From: a virus
DNA length: 64,000 bases
Virus record (IMG/VR): IMGVR_UViG_3300027704_000008
Location: 32,001 to 96,000 of that record
Strand: one strand, 5' to 3'
Below the pieces are notes generated by a model. The model searched no databases and was not told where the DNA came from. It saw only the letters and a list, made by a program, of their open reading frames with translations. The position numbers and the translations under genes were made by a program. Of this stretch, positions 1 through 8,895 are shown piece after piece (positions within the stretch are counted from its first letter, which is position 1; every line of letters begins with the position of its first letter).

Positions 1-109
1 GTATCATATTGTTTAGTTCTGTCAAACTATACTTATGATGTTGCATCAGCAAAAAGTTTGTCTTATAATGGTTGACTAAACTTTCGTGAGAAAGGCATAT
101 TAGAAAAAA
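1..109 (-). CDS. gp51-like baseplate hub assembly catalyst, N-terminal part (truncated by window edge; probably reached by -1 frameshift from gp26)
   Basis: Minus frame reads FFLICLSHESLVNHYKTNFLLMQHHKYSLTELNNMI, the gp51 signature of T4-like phages; a TGA at 110-112 closes the frame upstream and no ATG precedes the conserved LSHESL segment. Confidence 0.8.
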
Positions 110-846
110 TCAGTTAGGCCTTCTAAAACAATCGTTTGATCTTCACCACATTCAACACACTTATATTCTATGGGGTGGCTTAGTTTGGGTACATCTTGAA
201 TAAAATCAATTATCATCTTTAGCTGAGTGGACTTTAAGTTGTTGAGCCATTCTTCTATATCTTCTTTTGACTCTTCATCAAAGGTGTATATGCTATCCTC
301 ACTCTGGACAGATACTAAACACCTAGAAATCAGATCAAACATATCTTGTACCGCAATTGTAGCAGCGCCATCTGGTCTTGCTGCTTGTTTCTTGGTTATA
401 CTGACACCATCTGAATACGATGGCCACCTCATATTTAAAGTATGATCGGGGGTAAGTTGTATTACGGTCGCTGCTGGGTCCACATCAATCGTGATAGACG
501 ATATATCCACATCCACTTCAGTGAGACCTTTGCACCTCTCACCTTCAATCGCGTTTTGACACTTCAACCTTATAGAGGCAGTTTGTCCGACGCTACTTGC
601 TCTTACCTGGGAAAATATATACTCAAAGTCAAACAAGGCTAGTTTGTCCACCACAAGAGTCTCTTGACAACACGCTTCCAAGGTACCTTTAATAGCGTCT
701 AGCATAGACCCCTCATCGCCAGCCTCAATTGCCAATAACAATACTTTCTCTTCAGACACTAAGTATGGTCTAAAATGCAACACCTTGCCAGTAGAGGGTA
801 CGGTTACTGCGTTATATGCTGTTTCATTAATTTTAGGTAAAGCCAT
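100..846 (-). CDS. gp26 baseplate hub subunit / tail assembly chaperone
   Basis: MALPKI..VPSTGK..FRPYLVSEEKVLLLA, SVG motif, two Cys pairs, C-terminal LEGLTDFF typical of T4-like gp26. Confidence 0.9.
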   Translation of the reverse strand: MALPKINETAYNAVTVPSTGKVLHFRPYLVSEEKVLLLAIEAGDEGSMLDAIKGTLEACCQETLVVDKLALFDFEYIFSQVRASSVGQTASIRLKCQNAIEGERCKGLTEVDVDISSITIDVDPAATVIQLTPDHTLNMRWPSYSDGVSITKKQAARPDGAATIAVQDMFDLISRCLVSVQSEDSIYTFDEESKEDIEEWLNNLKSTQLKMIIDFIQDVPKLSHPIEYKCVECGEDQTIVLEGLTDFF

Positions 847-873
847 TCATAATCTCCTTATGATATAATAATT

Positions 874-1704
874 TTAAAACACATTGAAGTCATCAAGAAA
901 GTCATCCACAACATCTGTAACGTTGTCCACCACATCTGTTATCGATGTCATTATCCCAGCCCAAAAAGATTCGATACCGGTTCCCTTATCTCCACCCTGA
1001 CTAACTTCTTCTCGGTCATTCCAGTTGGTGAACGACAGTTGAACACTCAATTCTACCATACCATCTAGTTCATTATTCAACTCAACTGATGCTATGGATG
1101 TGGGAAACGCTCCAACCAGGTTGACTGAGTACACAACGTCGTCGCCAGTAACAAAAGCCAGGTCAAGCTCTCCTGTTTTCAGAATATTACCTAAAGGACC
1201 AGGAAGGGTGGGTAGTCTGTTTACAATATTTGATGGAATCTTATCAAGTGTATCCCCAAAAAGATCTACTTTGTATATAGGAAGGCTGAATCCTTTTTGT
1301 AGTTGGCTGATCTGTACGGGGAGGGCATAATCACTGTGGTATCCAACTTCTCCGTTTGCGTAATCAACAGCTAGTCGTTGCCATGCATCGAAGTACTTGC
1401 GTATCTTATAGTTGTTCATTACAATGAATGTTAAAGTGATATCATCTACTTGGTATCCATATGCAACCTTTTGCGTTTGCATTCCAACTCGTCTCTCAAC
1501 CGTATTCAGCTGTCTGCCCGGTAACTGAGTAGCCTTACATAGAACATTAAGCTCTTCTGGAGCAAGGATGGGTACCCTAGCGAAGGCATCTTCCGTACTA
1601 TTAGACTTATATATTGTGGGCAGCTGGATGGCGTACAGATTCGACCGTGCCATTCCGTCGCTCTGAGTTATTAAAGATTTGAGCTGATCGACACTATAGT
1701 TCAT
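874..1704 (-). CDS. gp54-like baseplate-tail tube initiator (tail tube fold)
   Basis: ARSNLY..LCKATQLPGRQL..DITLTF..FDAWQ..AFPTSI motifs of the gp19/gp54 family; lies between gp2 and gp26. Confidence 0.75.
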   Translation of the reverse strand: MNYSVDQLKSLITQSDGMARSNLYAIQLPTIYKSNSTEDAFARVPILAPEELNVLCKATQLPGRQLNTVERRVGMQTQKVAYGYQVDDITLTFIVMNNYKIRKYFDAWQRLAVDYANGEVGYHSDYALPVQISQLQKGFSLPIYKVDLFGDTLDKIPSNIVNRLPTLPGPLGNILKTGELDLAFVTGDDVVYSVNLVGAFPTSIASVELNNELDGMVELSVQLSFTNWNDREEVSQGGDKGTGIESFWAGIMTSITDVVDNVTDVVDDFLDDFNVF

Positions 1705-2300
1705 TAGATCTGTTTCCTAGAGTTTTTATATACCGTATTAGCATTGGCTCCAGACCATGATGCTGTGGGGAGGAATACGGCTACTTCATAGTCGGAGGCT
1801 GATACACGCCCGAAGTGACTAGCCACATGATTATTGAGGTAGTGTTTAAAGCATGGTTTATAAAATTTCATTGAGCCTGCTCTTTGTAAGATCTCATATG
1901 AAATTTTGAATTTAGTTGTATCGTCAAATTTATTATTATTTGTTACTTCCATTAGAGCGTCCAATAGTTTTGCTCTGAGAACTGGCGGTAGATAATGCAA
2001 ATTCAGACCATAAAAGCCCCCTGGCGCTGGGCCAACTATAACAGCAAGAGGAAATTTGTCATAGAACGGCAGGTTCTTTTTTGTCTTAGGATCGTAAAAA
2101 AACATCTGCATGGTACCCACAGCAGTCTTTGAGTTTTTTGTTAACCTTTCGTCTTTCAGTATTTTGCTTCCGCTTATGGTACCTAACTTACCTATTTGCT
2201 TGCGAAACCAAGCCTGTGACTCTTTAGTGCGCGGGGTTATTCCGGCCTTGAGAGCTTTAGCTTCAAGATTCTGAAAAATATTTGATGTCTTCTTCACCAT
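1704..2300 (-). CDS. gp2 DNA end protector
   Basis: FFYDPKTKKNLPFYDKFPL, GLNLHYLPP, KPCFKHYL motifs. Confidence 0.92.
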   Translation of the reverse strand: MVKKTSNIFQNLEAKALKAGITPRTKESQAWFRKQIGKLGTISGSKILKDERLTKNSKTAVGTMQMFFYDPKTKKNLPFYDKFPLAVIVGPAPGGFYGLNLHYLPPVLRAKLLDALMEVTNNNKFDDTTKFKISYEILQRAGSMKFYKPCFKHYLNNHVASHFGRVSASDYEVAVFLPTASWSGANANTVYKNSRKQI

Positions 2301-2320
2301 GTTTACCTTGATGCTGTTGT

Positions 2321-2458
2321 CTATTTACTTTTGAAGGTATATTTAAAGAAATCAATATCTTCCTCATACCGTTGAGCAATTATTTTCCTGGAAGTTTCAC
2401 CATAGTATGCCGAATAATGATCACGGTTCTTTGCTGCGTTTATGTGTCGTAGATTCTT
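2321..2458 (-). pseudogene. start-less C-terminal fragment resembling sulfotransferase family 2 proteins
   Basis: Reads KNLRHINAAKNRDHYSAYYGETSRKIIAQRYEEDIDFFKYTFKSK*; resembles the L.H.N..HY..YY....I...Y..DI..F.Y.F C-terminus of Sulfotransfer_2 proteins; in-frame TAA at 2462-2464 upstream, no start codon. Confidence 0.55.
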
Positions 2459-2462
2459 TCTT

Positions 2463-2470
2463 TATTTATA
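2463..2470 (-). promoter_or_regulatory. T4-type late promoter for gp2-gp54-gp26-gp51
   Basis: TATAAATA on minus strand. Confidence 0.75.
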
Positions 2471-2986
2471 CTATTTCTTAACAGCTTTACTCTTCTTGAA
2501 TGGTTTATATGGTTTCAGTTTCTTTAACTTGCCGGGAACCTTCTGTGTGCTCTTTGGGAGGATATTCATCTCGTTAAGGTGGTGCTCTGTCCATATTTCA
2601 AACTTCCATCCTCTATCCTTAGCGTATTCAGACGCCGCCAGCCACTTGTTACGGTTCTTCACATAAGTGAGTGACTCCGATATATACCGCTTGGTACGCT
2701 TGTTGCCTTTGGGAGGAAGTGTCTGATGTGCCGGCTTGACTTCTACAAGCATGGTGACACCAGACTTAAAGTTAATCTTGAGATCCATAAAATATCTGTG
2801 GTAGCGCCCGTCGACCTCATATATGTAAGGTATCACAACTTCCTCACTAGACCACGTCTGTATGGCACTATTCGCGTCACACCACCTGAAGCAATGTAGT
2901 TCCCACCCAGAACGATACACAACCTTGCTGGCGTCACCCTGATACTTGTCTTTATTCGGCTTATATGTTCCGGAGTATGTCTTCAA
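2471..2986 (-). CDS. gp4 head completion protein (TnsA-like nuclease fold)
   Basis: YRSGWE, WSSEEVVIPY, HRYFMD, LVEVKP, NKW..A motifs; TTG start. Confidence 0.92.
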   Translation of the reverse strand: MKTYSGTYKPNKDKYQGDASKVVYRSGWELHCFRWCDANSAIQTWSSEEVVIPYIYEVDGRYHRYFMDLKINFKSGVTMLVEVKPAHQTLPPKGNKRTKRYISESLTYVKNRNKWLAASEYAKDRGWKFEIWTEHHLNEMNILPKSTQKVPGKLKKLKPYKPFKKSKAVKK

Positions 2987-2991
2987 TTGGT

Positions 2992-2999
2992 TATAAATA
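2992..2999 (+). promoter_or_regulatory. T4-type late promoter for the gp48 operon
   Basis: TATAAATA upstream of the 3034 ATG. Confidence 0.8.
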
Positions 3000-3033
3000 C
3001 CTTCAATGAATTGTATACCTATTTAGAGGATTT

Positions 3034-3936
3034 ATGACAGAAAACATTTTAAGATATCCTATCACCGACGATCATAACTATAAAGGTGTAGTATTTTTCC
3101 AAACGGTTAGAGATACCACAGAGGCTCTCCAATATCAGAATCTTGGAGGCAATGGCTCGGAAGAACAAGATTTCAATTCAGCGAATACTACCGTTACCGA
3201 TGGTTCGCCAGTATCGTATGGCGATGCGTGCATATTATATCTACCATCTGCTATTCAAATATCCGATGCTGCGGTATACGATAATGTATCGCTTGGAGCG
3301 TTGGGAGCGATAACTGAGGCTACACTCAACGCTGGTGTAGGCAATATTGCTGGTGCCATCGCCACCGCCGGTAAGGATGAGATAAAGTCATTTGCTGACG
3401 GGCTGGTTAATAGTTTAGGAACCACCCAGGCAAAACTAGCTGGAGTTCGAATGGCATCCAAGCTTGGAGATCAGATTTCGGGGGCCGTTAAATCTTCTAC
3501 TCGAATAACAACTAATCCTAACGTTAGAGCTATATTTAATCAAGTTCCTTTGCGGGAGTTTTCCTTCACATTCAAGCTCATTGCCAATAGTCCCAAAGAG
3601 GCTCTTGAAATTAAAAAGATAATCAAATATTTCCGCACAGAATTATATCCATCTGATATTCTGGCAGGAAGCGCAAGGTTGTCTTTGGGGTACCACTTCC
3701 CAGACCAGTTTAGAATTGAATTTCACCACCCGGCCGAGGAATTGACACCAAACAAATGGTCTCCTAGTCAAGTTGCCACCAAGTTAAAGGACTGCTACTT
3801 AACCGGATTCAACGCTGTGTATAATGCGACCGGTATGGGACTACACAAAGACGGCAACTTTACCGAGATCGACGTTACATTGTCCTTCAGAGAAGCCTCC
3901 ACATTATCCAAGAAAGATATCGCGGCAGGGTACTAA
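3034..3936 (+). CDS. gp48 baseplate tail tube cap
   Basis: LYLP, NP..F..V.LREFSFTF, A.EIK.IIK.FR, L.F.E motifs; precedes gp53. Confidence 0.85.
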   Translation: MTENILRYPITDDHNYKGVVFFQTVRDTTEALQYQNLGGNGSEEQDFNSANTTVTDGSPVSYGDACILYLPSAIQISDAAVYDNVSLGALGAITEATLNAGVGNIAGAIATAGKDEIKSFADGLVNSLGTTQAKLAGVRMASKLGDQISGAVKSSTRITTNPNVRAIFNQVPLREFSFTFKLIANSPKEALEIKKIIKYFRTELYPSDILAGSARLSLGYHFPDQFRIEFHHPAEELTPNKWSPSQVATKLKDCYLTGFNAVYNATGMGLHKDGNFTEIDVTLSFREASTLSKKDIAAGY

Positions 3937-3938
3937 CC

Positions 3939-4760
3939 ATGAGTAAATATTTCGAAAACTTTCCACTTGTAAAATATAATTTTGGTGACGAAATTAATTC
4001 GTCAGTGTTCCAAAATATTAGCTCGTATGTTGACGTGTTAGACACAACGCGAACAGCTGAGGCGTTCTATCAGAAGCAATATATCCAGGACTATGATCGA
4101 CCCGACACTATGTCGTATAAGCTGTATGGTACTGTAGATTATTATTGGACATTCTATTACATGAATGACCATCTCCGTAGATCCGGCTGGCCCGTCTCGT
4201 ATAATGATTTGATACCATTAGCTAAGGAGGCGTGGCCCCATCAAACTCTAACGACTTCTGATGACATATCGATTATATTTCCTATAGGTACTACCATCCA
4301 AGGCACCAAATCGAAGGCGCTAGGAACAATTGTAGCTAGAAACCTAGATCTCGGCCAGATGATCGTTGAACGGGTAGAAGGGTCACCCTTGTTTATTGGT
4401 GACCGGAATCCGCTAAAATCTGAAACTATCAGATACGCCATTATTCCTGCTACACCGCCCACCTGGAGCGAGATTCAAGTTCTTTACCCCACAAATGGAC
4501 AGGAGGAACTAGCCGCACAAATTACCTCTGCCCCATTACAGTATGAATCGATCCATCATTACGAGGATGTGGATGGAATGTGGATGGACATCGACCCCCA
4601 TAGCGGAGCCATTCCATCATCATTAAGATCAAAGACACATATCAATGTTATGCAAGATAAGAACGATTCTTTAAAAGCTATAAATGTACTATCTAAGGAA
4701 TCAGTAGGTCAGGTAGTTGGGCAGTGGAAGAAATTTATGCAGAATAGAGCACCAACATAG
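3939..4760 (+). CDS. gp53 baseplate wedge subunit
   Basis: MSKYFENFP, RPD..SYKLYG..YYW (LysM-like), WP, IHHYE motifs. Confidence 0.88.
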   Translation: MSKYFENFPLVKYNFGDEINSSVFQNISSYVDVLDTTRTAEAFYQKQYIQDYDRPDTMSYKLYGTVDYYWTFYYMNDHLRRSGWPVSYNDLIPLAKEAWPHQTLTTSDDISIIFPIGTTIQGTKSKALGTIVARNLDLGQMIVERVEGSPLFIGDRNPLKSETIRYAIIPATPPTWSEIQVLYPTNGQEELAAQITSAPLQYESIHHYEDVDGMWMDIDPHSGAIPSSLRSKTHINVMQDKNDSLKAINVLSKESVGQVVGQWKKFMQNRAPT

Positions 4761-6154
4761 TGGCAGAAGAAACCAATTATGGATCAAACTCCCAGCAGTA
4801 TAAAATATCTAAAGCTGATGTAACTGCCGATAGGTTTTCTCTAGGCAAGGTTATAGATATTGCCAACATAATTGTTGAGGTAAACCTGTTTGAGGATATC
4901 GATAAGCCATATATAACTGGGTCATTGGTATTGGTCGATGATAGTGCAATTCTTGATACAATTAACTTTAGTGGGACAGAAACTATTCTCATTGAGATGC
5001 AGGGTGTCGATGACACTAAGACGCTCACACTTCAACGTAAGTTTATTATTACGAGTGCAATAAAAAGCGTGCGCAATAACGACCGCACCGAAGTCTTTGT
5101 ATTATCCTTAATAGATGTCGCTGGATATAACACCCACTCAAAGAGAATAAGTAAATCGTATTCCGGTAAAATAGAAGATATCATCCAGGGCATTATAGTT
5201 AGTGAGTTGGGGGTGTCTGTAGACCGATCATACGCTGCCCCATCTATCCAGGCTCCCGTGAAGGTCATAGTGCCGTATCTCCATCCTCTTCAGGCATGTG
5301 TGTGGCTGCGGGACAAGATGACTAGGTCAAACGGTTCGCCTTACTTTGTTTACGCTTCTATTCATGATGAGAACATTCGTATCGGCGACTTCGATACCAT
5401 GATGTCTCAAGTCCCGTTCAACAGCCTCCTACCATATCACTATTCATCGTCTACCACTAATGCTGCTGAACGTGCTGGTGTTGATAAGTCCGGTAATAAG
5501 GAGGTGGACAGAGCTTTTACCATCAACACCGTTACAAAAACCAACATGGAAAATACCCTTGCCATGATAAAAAGGGGAGCGGTTGGATCTACATACAGCA
5601 ACACTGATATCAGTGGGGGGCTCACAAAGCAATCGCAACATAAGATAGAGGTTGCGTTAGAACAGCTAAAGGTTTCTGATGTTATCAAATCGTATCAGCA
5701 ACAAAATGTATATGATACTGCGACTCTAATTGACCTGGGGCCGAAAGGTAAAGAGTTGGCGTCAGAACACTCATCAAGGCAATTTCACGAGATATCTTCT
5801 AGCAATACTTATGCAACAGCAAATAGCCTAGGTGAAGATTTCAATGAGGCGGGGATTAGTAATAAGGCTATGGCAGAATGTATACATAGTATGCTATACA
5901 AGAATGCTATTGACATTGAGATTCCTGGCACCGCTTTTATGGTACGAGCTAAGGTATCCGTGGGAGATGTGGTAAATATATCTTTCCTAAATGGAAACGT
6001 TGGATTGAATCCTGAATCAGGACAGGACATTATTGATAAGAATAGATCAGGAGATTATTTGATCCTTGCAACACGACATATGTTTAAAGATACCACTCAC
6101 ACTGTATCTGTAAACATATCTAAAATAGCGAGAGGTTCTCTGTCCGATGGATAA
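4760..6154 (+). CDS. baseplate hub protein (gp27-like tail protein)
   Basis: LFEDIDKPYITG..D..G.E N-terminus; IEIPG..VGDVV..SGDYLI..RH.F C-terminus; between gp53 and gp5; GTG start. Confidence 0.65.
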   Translation: MAEETNYGSNSQQYKISKADVTADRFSLGKVIDIANIIVEVNLFEDIDKPYITGSLVLVDDSAILDTINFSGTETILIEMQGVDDTKTLTLQRKFIITSAIKSVRNNDRTEVFVLSLIDVAGYNTHSKRISKSYSGKIEDIIQGIIVSELGVSVDRSYAAPSIQAPVKVIVPYLHPLQACVWLRDKMTRSNGSPYFVYASIHDENIRIGDFDTMMSQVPFNSLLPYHYSSSTTNAAERAGVDKSGNKEVDRAFTINTVTKTNMENTLAMIKRGAVGSTYSNTDISGGLTKQSQHKIEVALEQLKVSDVIKSYQQQNVYDTATLIDLGPKGKELASEHSSRQFHEISSSNTYATANSLGEDFNEAGISNKAMAECIHSMLYKNAIDIEIPGTAFMVRAKVSVGDVVNISFLNGNVGLNPESGQDIIDKNRSGDYLILATRHMFKDTTHTVSVNISKIARGSLSDG

Positions 6155-7091
6155 GCCAGAATTTTACGGCGACTCTACCAGGTGGTTTATTGCCTCCGTT
6201 ATTGATGGATCTCCTCCAGCGGGCATGGAGGGGTCTGTGCGCATACGCATACACGGAATTCATAGTGGTAATACAAATGATATTCCCCAGGGAGATCTAC
6301 CGTGGGCCCAAACGGTTATTCCTAGTACAGAGCCTGGTGTGTCTGGTTTAGGGGGGGCTTGTAGACTTCTACCAGGAGCTCAGGTATTTGGAGTGTTTAT
6401 GGATGGAACCAATTCCCAAACTCCTCTCGTTTTGGGATCAATTACTAAGAATGAGTTCCCCTCATCAGTTCAATCAATGGGGAGAGACGACATCGCTACC
6501 AATCCTTTTGCGTATGCTATGAGAGATCAACGCACGGACGCGGTGTATCCGTTTGCGTTGGATGAACGCGATGATGGACCCCTTATCTTTGACCTTGAGC
6601 AGATAGTCATTAAGTTCTTTATTGATAACGGATACACCTTCTTACAATCAGTATGCATTGCTGTGGTAATGAAATTTATTTCAGAGTTTAGCCCAACCAA
6701 ATATGAGACGAATGAGGAATATGGGATAATGGGTTGGGTAAAAGGATCCAGTAGGTTCAAGAGCCTTCAAGAGTTCTCGAGGGGCATAGACGAATTTAGT
6801 TCATGGGATCGGTTGGATATTCAGCTTCTGTTTGTGTTACATGAGCTGAGGACAACACACACTGCCGCCCAAGGGTATATTCGTAGAAGTGATAATTACT
6901 ACGGCACTGCTGGTGATAATGTTCTTCGATGGGCCAAGGGTGGTGGGTATAGGGGAAATAAGTCGGGGATAGAAGCCGTTATAAAGTATTATATACCGAA
7001 TAACCGCCAGCGCGCGGCTTTATTGGGCAACGACTCGCTACTGAGTCAACTAGGTGAACAAGGCATAGAGACTGAAAAGTGGTTTATATGA
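6147..7091 (+). CDS. gp5 N-terminal OB domain fused to a (possibly degenerate) phage tail lysozyme-2 domain
   Basis: WF..V.D..G.VRIRIHGIH..DLPWA..VFGVFMDG..Q.PLVLG (gp5 OB), then FF..GY..YGIMGW..R..L..QL.FV.HEL. Confidence 0.8.
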   Translation: MDKPEFYGDSTRWFIASVIDGSPPAGMEGSVRIRIHGIHSGNTNDIPQGDLPWAQTVIPSTEPGVSGLGGACRLLPGAQVFGVFMDGTNSQTPLVLGSITKNEFPSSVQSMGRDDIATNPFAYAMRDQRTDAVYPFALDERDDGPLIFDLEQIVIKFFIDNGYTFLQSVCIAVVMKFISEFSPTKYETNEEYGIMGWVKGSSRFKSLQEFSRGIDEFSSWDRLDIQLLFVLHELRTTHTAAQGYIRRSDNYYGTAGDNVLRWAKGGGYRGNKSGIEAVIKYYIPNNRQRAALLGNDSLLSQLGEQGIETEKWFI

Positions 7092-7774
7092 CAATTAATA
7101 AAATTAACAATTTGGTACTAAACGCGTCCAACCAACTGAGATATGATAGGGTTAGTGATGCGGCCGATACATTGGTGCAGGCTTATCTCGAAACAAATGT
7201 AACTAAAATTGGATTGGTTAACCGCGGCCAATTTGGCGGGTTTCAGTCTATAACAAAGCAAACTGATTATCCACTACAAAAAATAGTGCTAGGAAACTCA
7301 ATAGCATTGTTTAGCGAAGAAGCTGCCATCAAAAATATTTCAATAGATCCAGGTGAGGCAGGTGAAGAGGGATTTAGATTTTACGAAGCACCAGCGCCAG
7401 CGTGGCAATCCAATCACGCTGGCGCTGGTGCTAATGGCATTAGTGGGGATGGGGTGGTAGGGGCTAATCCTCATTTTGGGACTAAGGCCGATGTGGTTGA
7501 CAACCCAGTTACATATCCAGCATCTTCGATGAATGTTCGTAATATTTCAGAAAATCCTAACAGAAATATTTCGTCTGGAAGTTTGCAATCTATCAGCGAT
7601 GTGTTAAATAATCTAAATGGCTCTGTAGGTCCATGGACAATAGACCAATGGGGGTCGCTCCGAGGGTCATCAGATACAGAAAAGCTCGATACACTGTTCC
7701 CACCGGATACCTATGTCGAAGTGACCGATACAGACGTTCAAGCGGTACAAGAATCAGCATCCCCAATTCTTTAA
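7088..7774 (+). CDS. hypothetical baseplate hub-region protein
   Basis: 228-aa ORF whose ATG overlaps the gp5-OB stop (ATGA); no family recognised. Confidence 0.6.
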   Translation: MTINKINNLVLNASNQLRYDRVSDAADTLVQAYLETNVTKIGLVNRGQFGGFQSITKQTDYPLQKIVLGNSIALFSEEAAIKNISIDPGEAGEEGFRFYEAPAPAWQSNHAGAGANGISGDGVVGANPHFGTKADVVDNPVTYPASSMNVRNISENPNRNISSGSLQSISDVLNNLNGSVGPWTIDQWGSLRGSSDTEKLDTLFPPDTYVEVTDTDVQAVQESASPIL

Positions 7775-7827
7775 TAGCAGCAACAGAGTTTTTTTAACAT
7801 AGCAATACCTAAAGTGGACACGAACTA

Positions 7828-8895
7828 ATGTCATCTATATCACCATCGAACATAACATCTACCATAACCGACTCGTTTAACATATCTGAAGGTTCAGGTA
7901 TAGGAGCGATTGCCGACAGTGTGCAAGATGCGGCCGGCGATCTTATTGACGCCGTTATCGAGTTTGGTGAAGATCTATTTGATTTATTTGATACAGGCTT
8001 TTCGGGTTTTTTACAAAATCTCCAAGAAAAGGCAGACGGCACCATGGCGTCTATAATAAGTTCCATTTCTGCCCCCGACAAGCCAGTTCCCGAGGTTGTG
8101 CAGAAAGAAATATCTGCAGCAGTGGAATCAGGTGATATTGCTAAAGCTACGGTTTTGATGGCCCCATTCTCCGATGAGGAACCGGACCGGATTGCGGCCA
8201 CCTTTTCTGCGTTGACCTTTACTATAGCTGGAACGGTCGTTGTAGACGGATCTTCATCAGTCTTTCCCGCACCTTATGTTATAACCGATAATCAAGCTTT
8301 GTGGGCAGGGGCCAACAGCGACGACTACACATTTTCTTACATTAGCAGCGTTGAAGAGTTGATTGCTGAATTTAGATCGATAGATAGAGAAGTATCAGAA
8401 ATGATAGTTCACTGGACAGATAGTTTTACCAATAAGAACTTATCCGCCGAAGACATAGATGAATACGACACTGCCGTAGGACATGATGGTATAGCCTATC
8501 ACCTTGTTATTAGGAGAGATGGTACTTTACAGAGAGGCCGCTCAATAAACGAAGCGGGTGAGCATGTGGGTGGCGGTAGAGATGATACGTCCGTCGGGGT
8601 GGTTTTTGTTGGTGGATTTAACGTCCCAACGGGTACCACAAACCCCGTTACATATAGGTCGGCCGCGTCATTAACTCGGGAACAGTTTAACACATTCGAC
8701 GTGATAGTTAGATCCTTTTATTCGCGGTTTCCTGGTGGGCAAGTGCTTGGCCATAATGACATAGACCTCACTACAGATGATCCGGGGTTTGACGTTAGAG
8801 AATATTGCGTAAGCCGATTCAATAGGACTTACTCTGAAGTAGCATCCCCATCATCAGCCAACGACGTACTAACAACTGAAATTGGACTTAATTAA
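7828..8895 (+). CDS. virion-associated N-acetylmuramoyl-L-alanine amidase (Amidase_2, T7-lysozyme-like) with low-complexity N-terminus
   Basis: IVHWT, IAYHLVIRRDG.LQRGR, GEHV, SVGVVFVGG, GHND, DPGFDV motifs. Confidence 0.85.
   Translation: MSSISPSNITSTITDSFNISEGSGIGAIADSVQDAAGDLIDAVIEFGEDLFDLFDTGFSGFLQNLQEKADGTMASIISSISAPDKPVPEVVQKEISAAVESGDIAKATVLMAPFSDEEPDRIAATFSALTFTIAGTVVVDGSSSVFPAPYVITDNQALWAGANSDDYTFSYISSVEELIAEFRSIDREVSEMIVHWTDSFTNKNLSAEDIDEYDTAVGHDGIAYHLVIRRDGTLQRGRSINEAGEHVGGGRDDTSVGVVFVGGFNVPTGTTNPVTYRSAASLTREQFNTFDVIVRSFYSRFPGGQVLGHNDIDLTTDDPGFDVREYCVSRFNRTYSEVASPSSANDVLTTEIGLN

Noticed and set aside
2471-2986. TnsA-like nuclease as evidence of a transposon
   Set aside because: It is the conserved head-completion protein gp4 in its usual position
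7755-7830. Possible frameshift joining the 7088 ORF to the amidase through the T7 run near 7790
   Set aside because: The T run lies after the first ORF's stop and an in-frame TAA at 7810-7812 blocks the amidase frame
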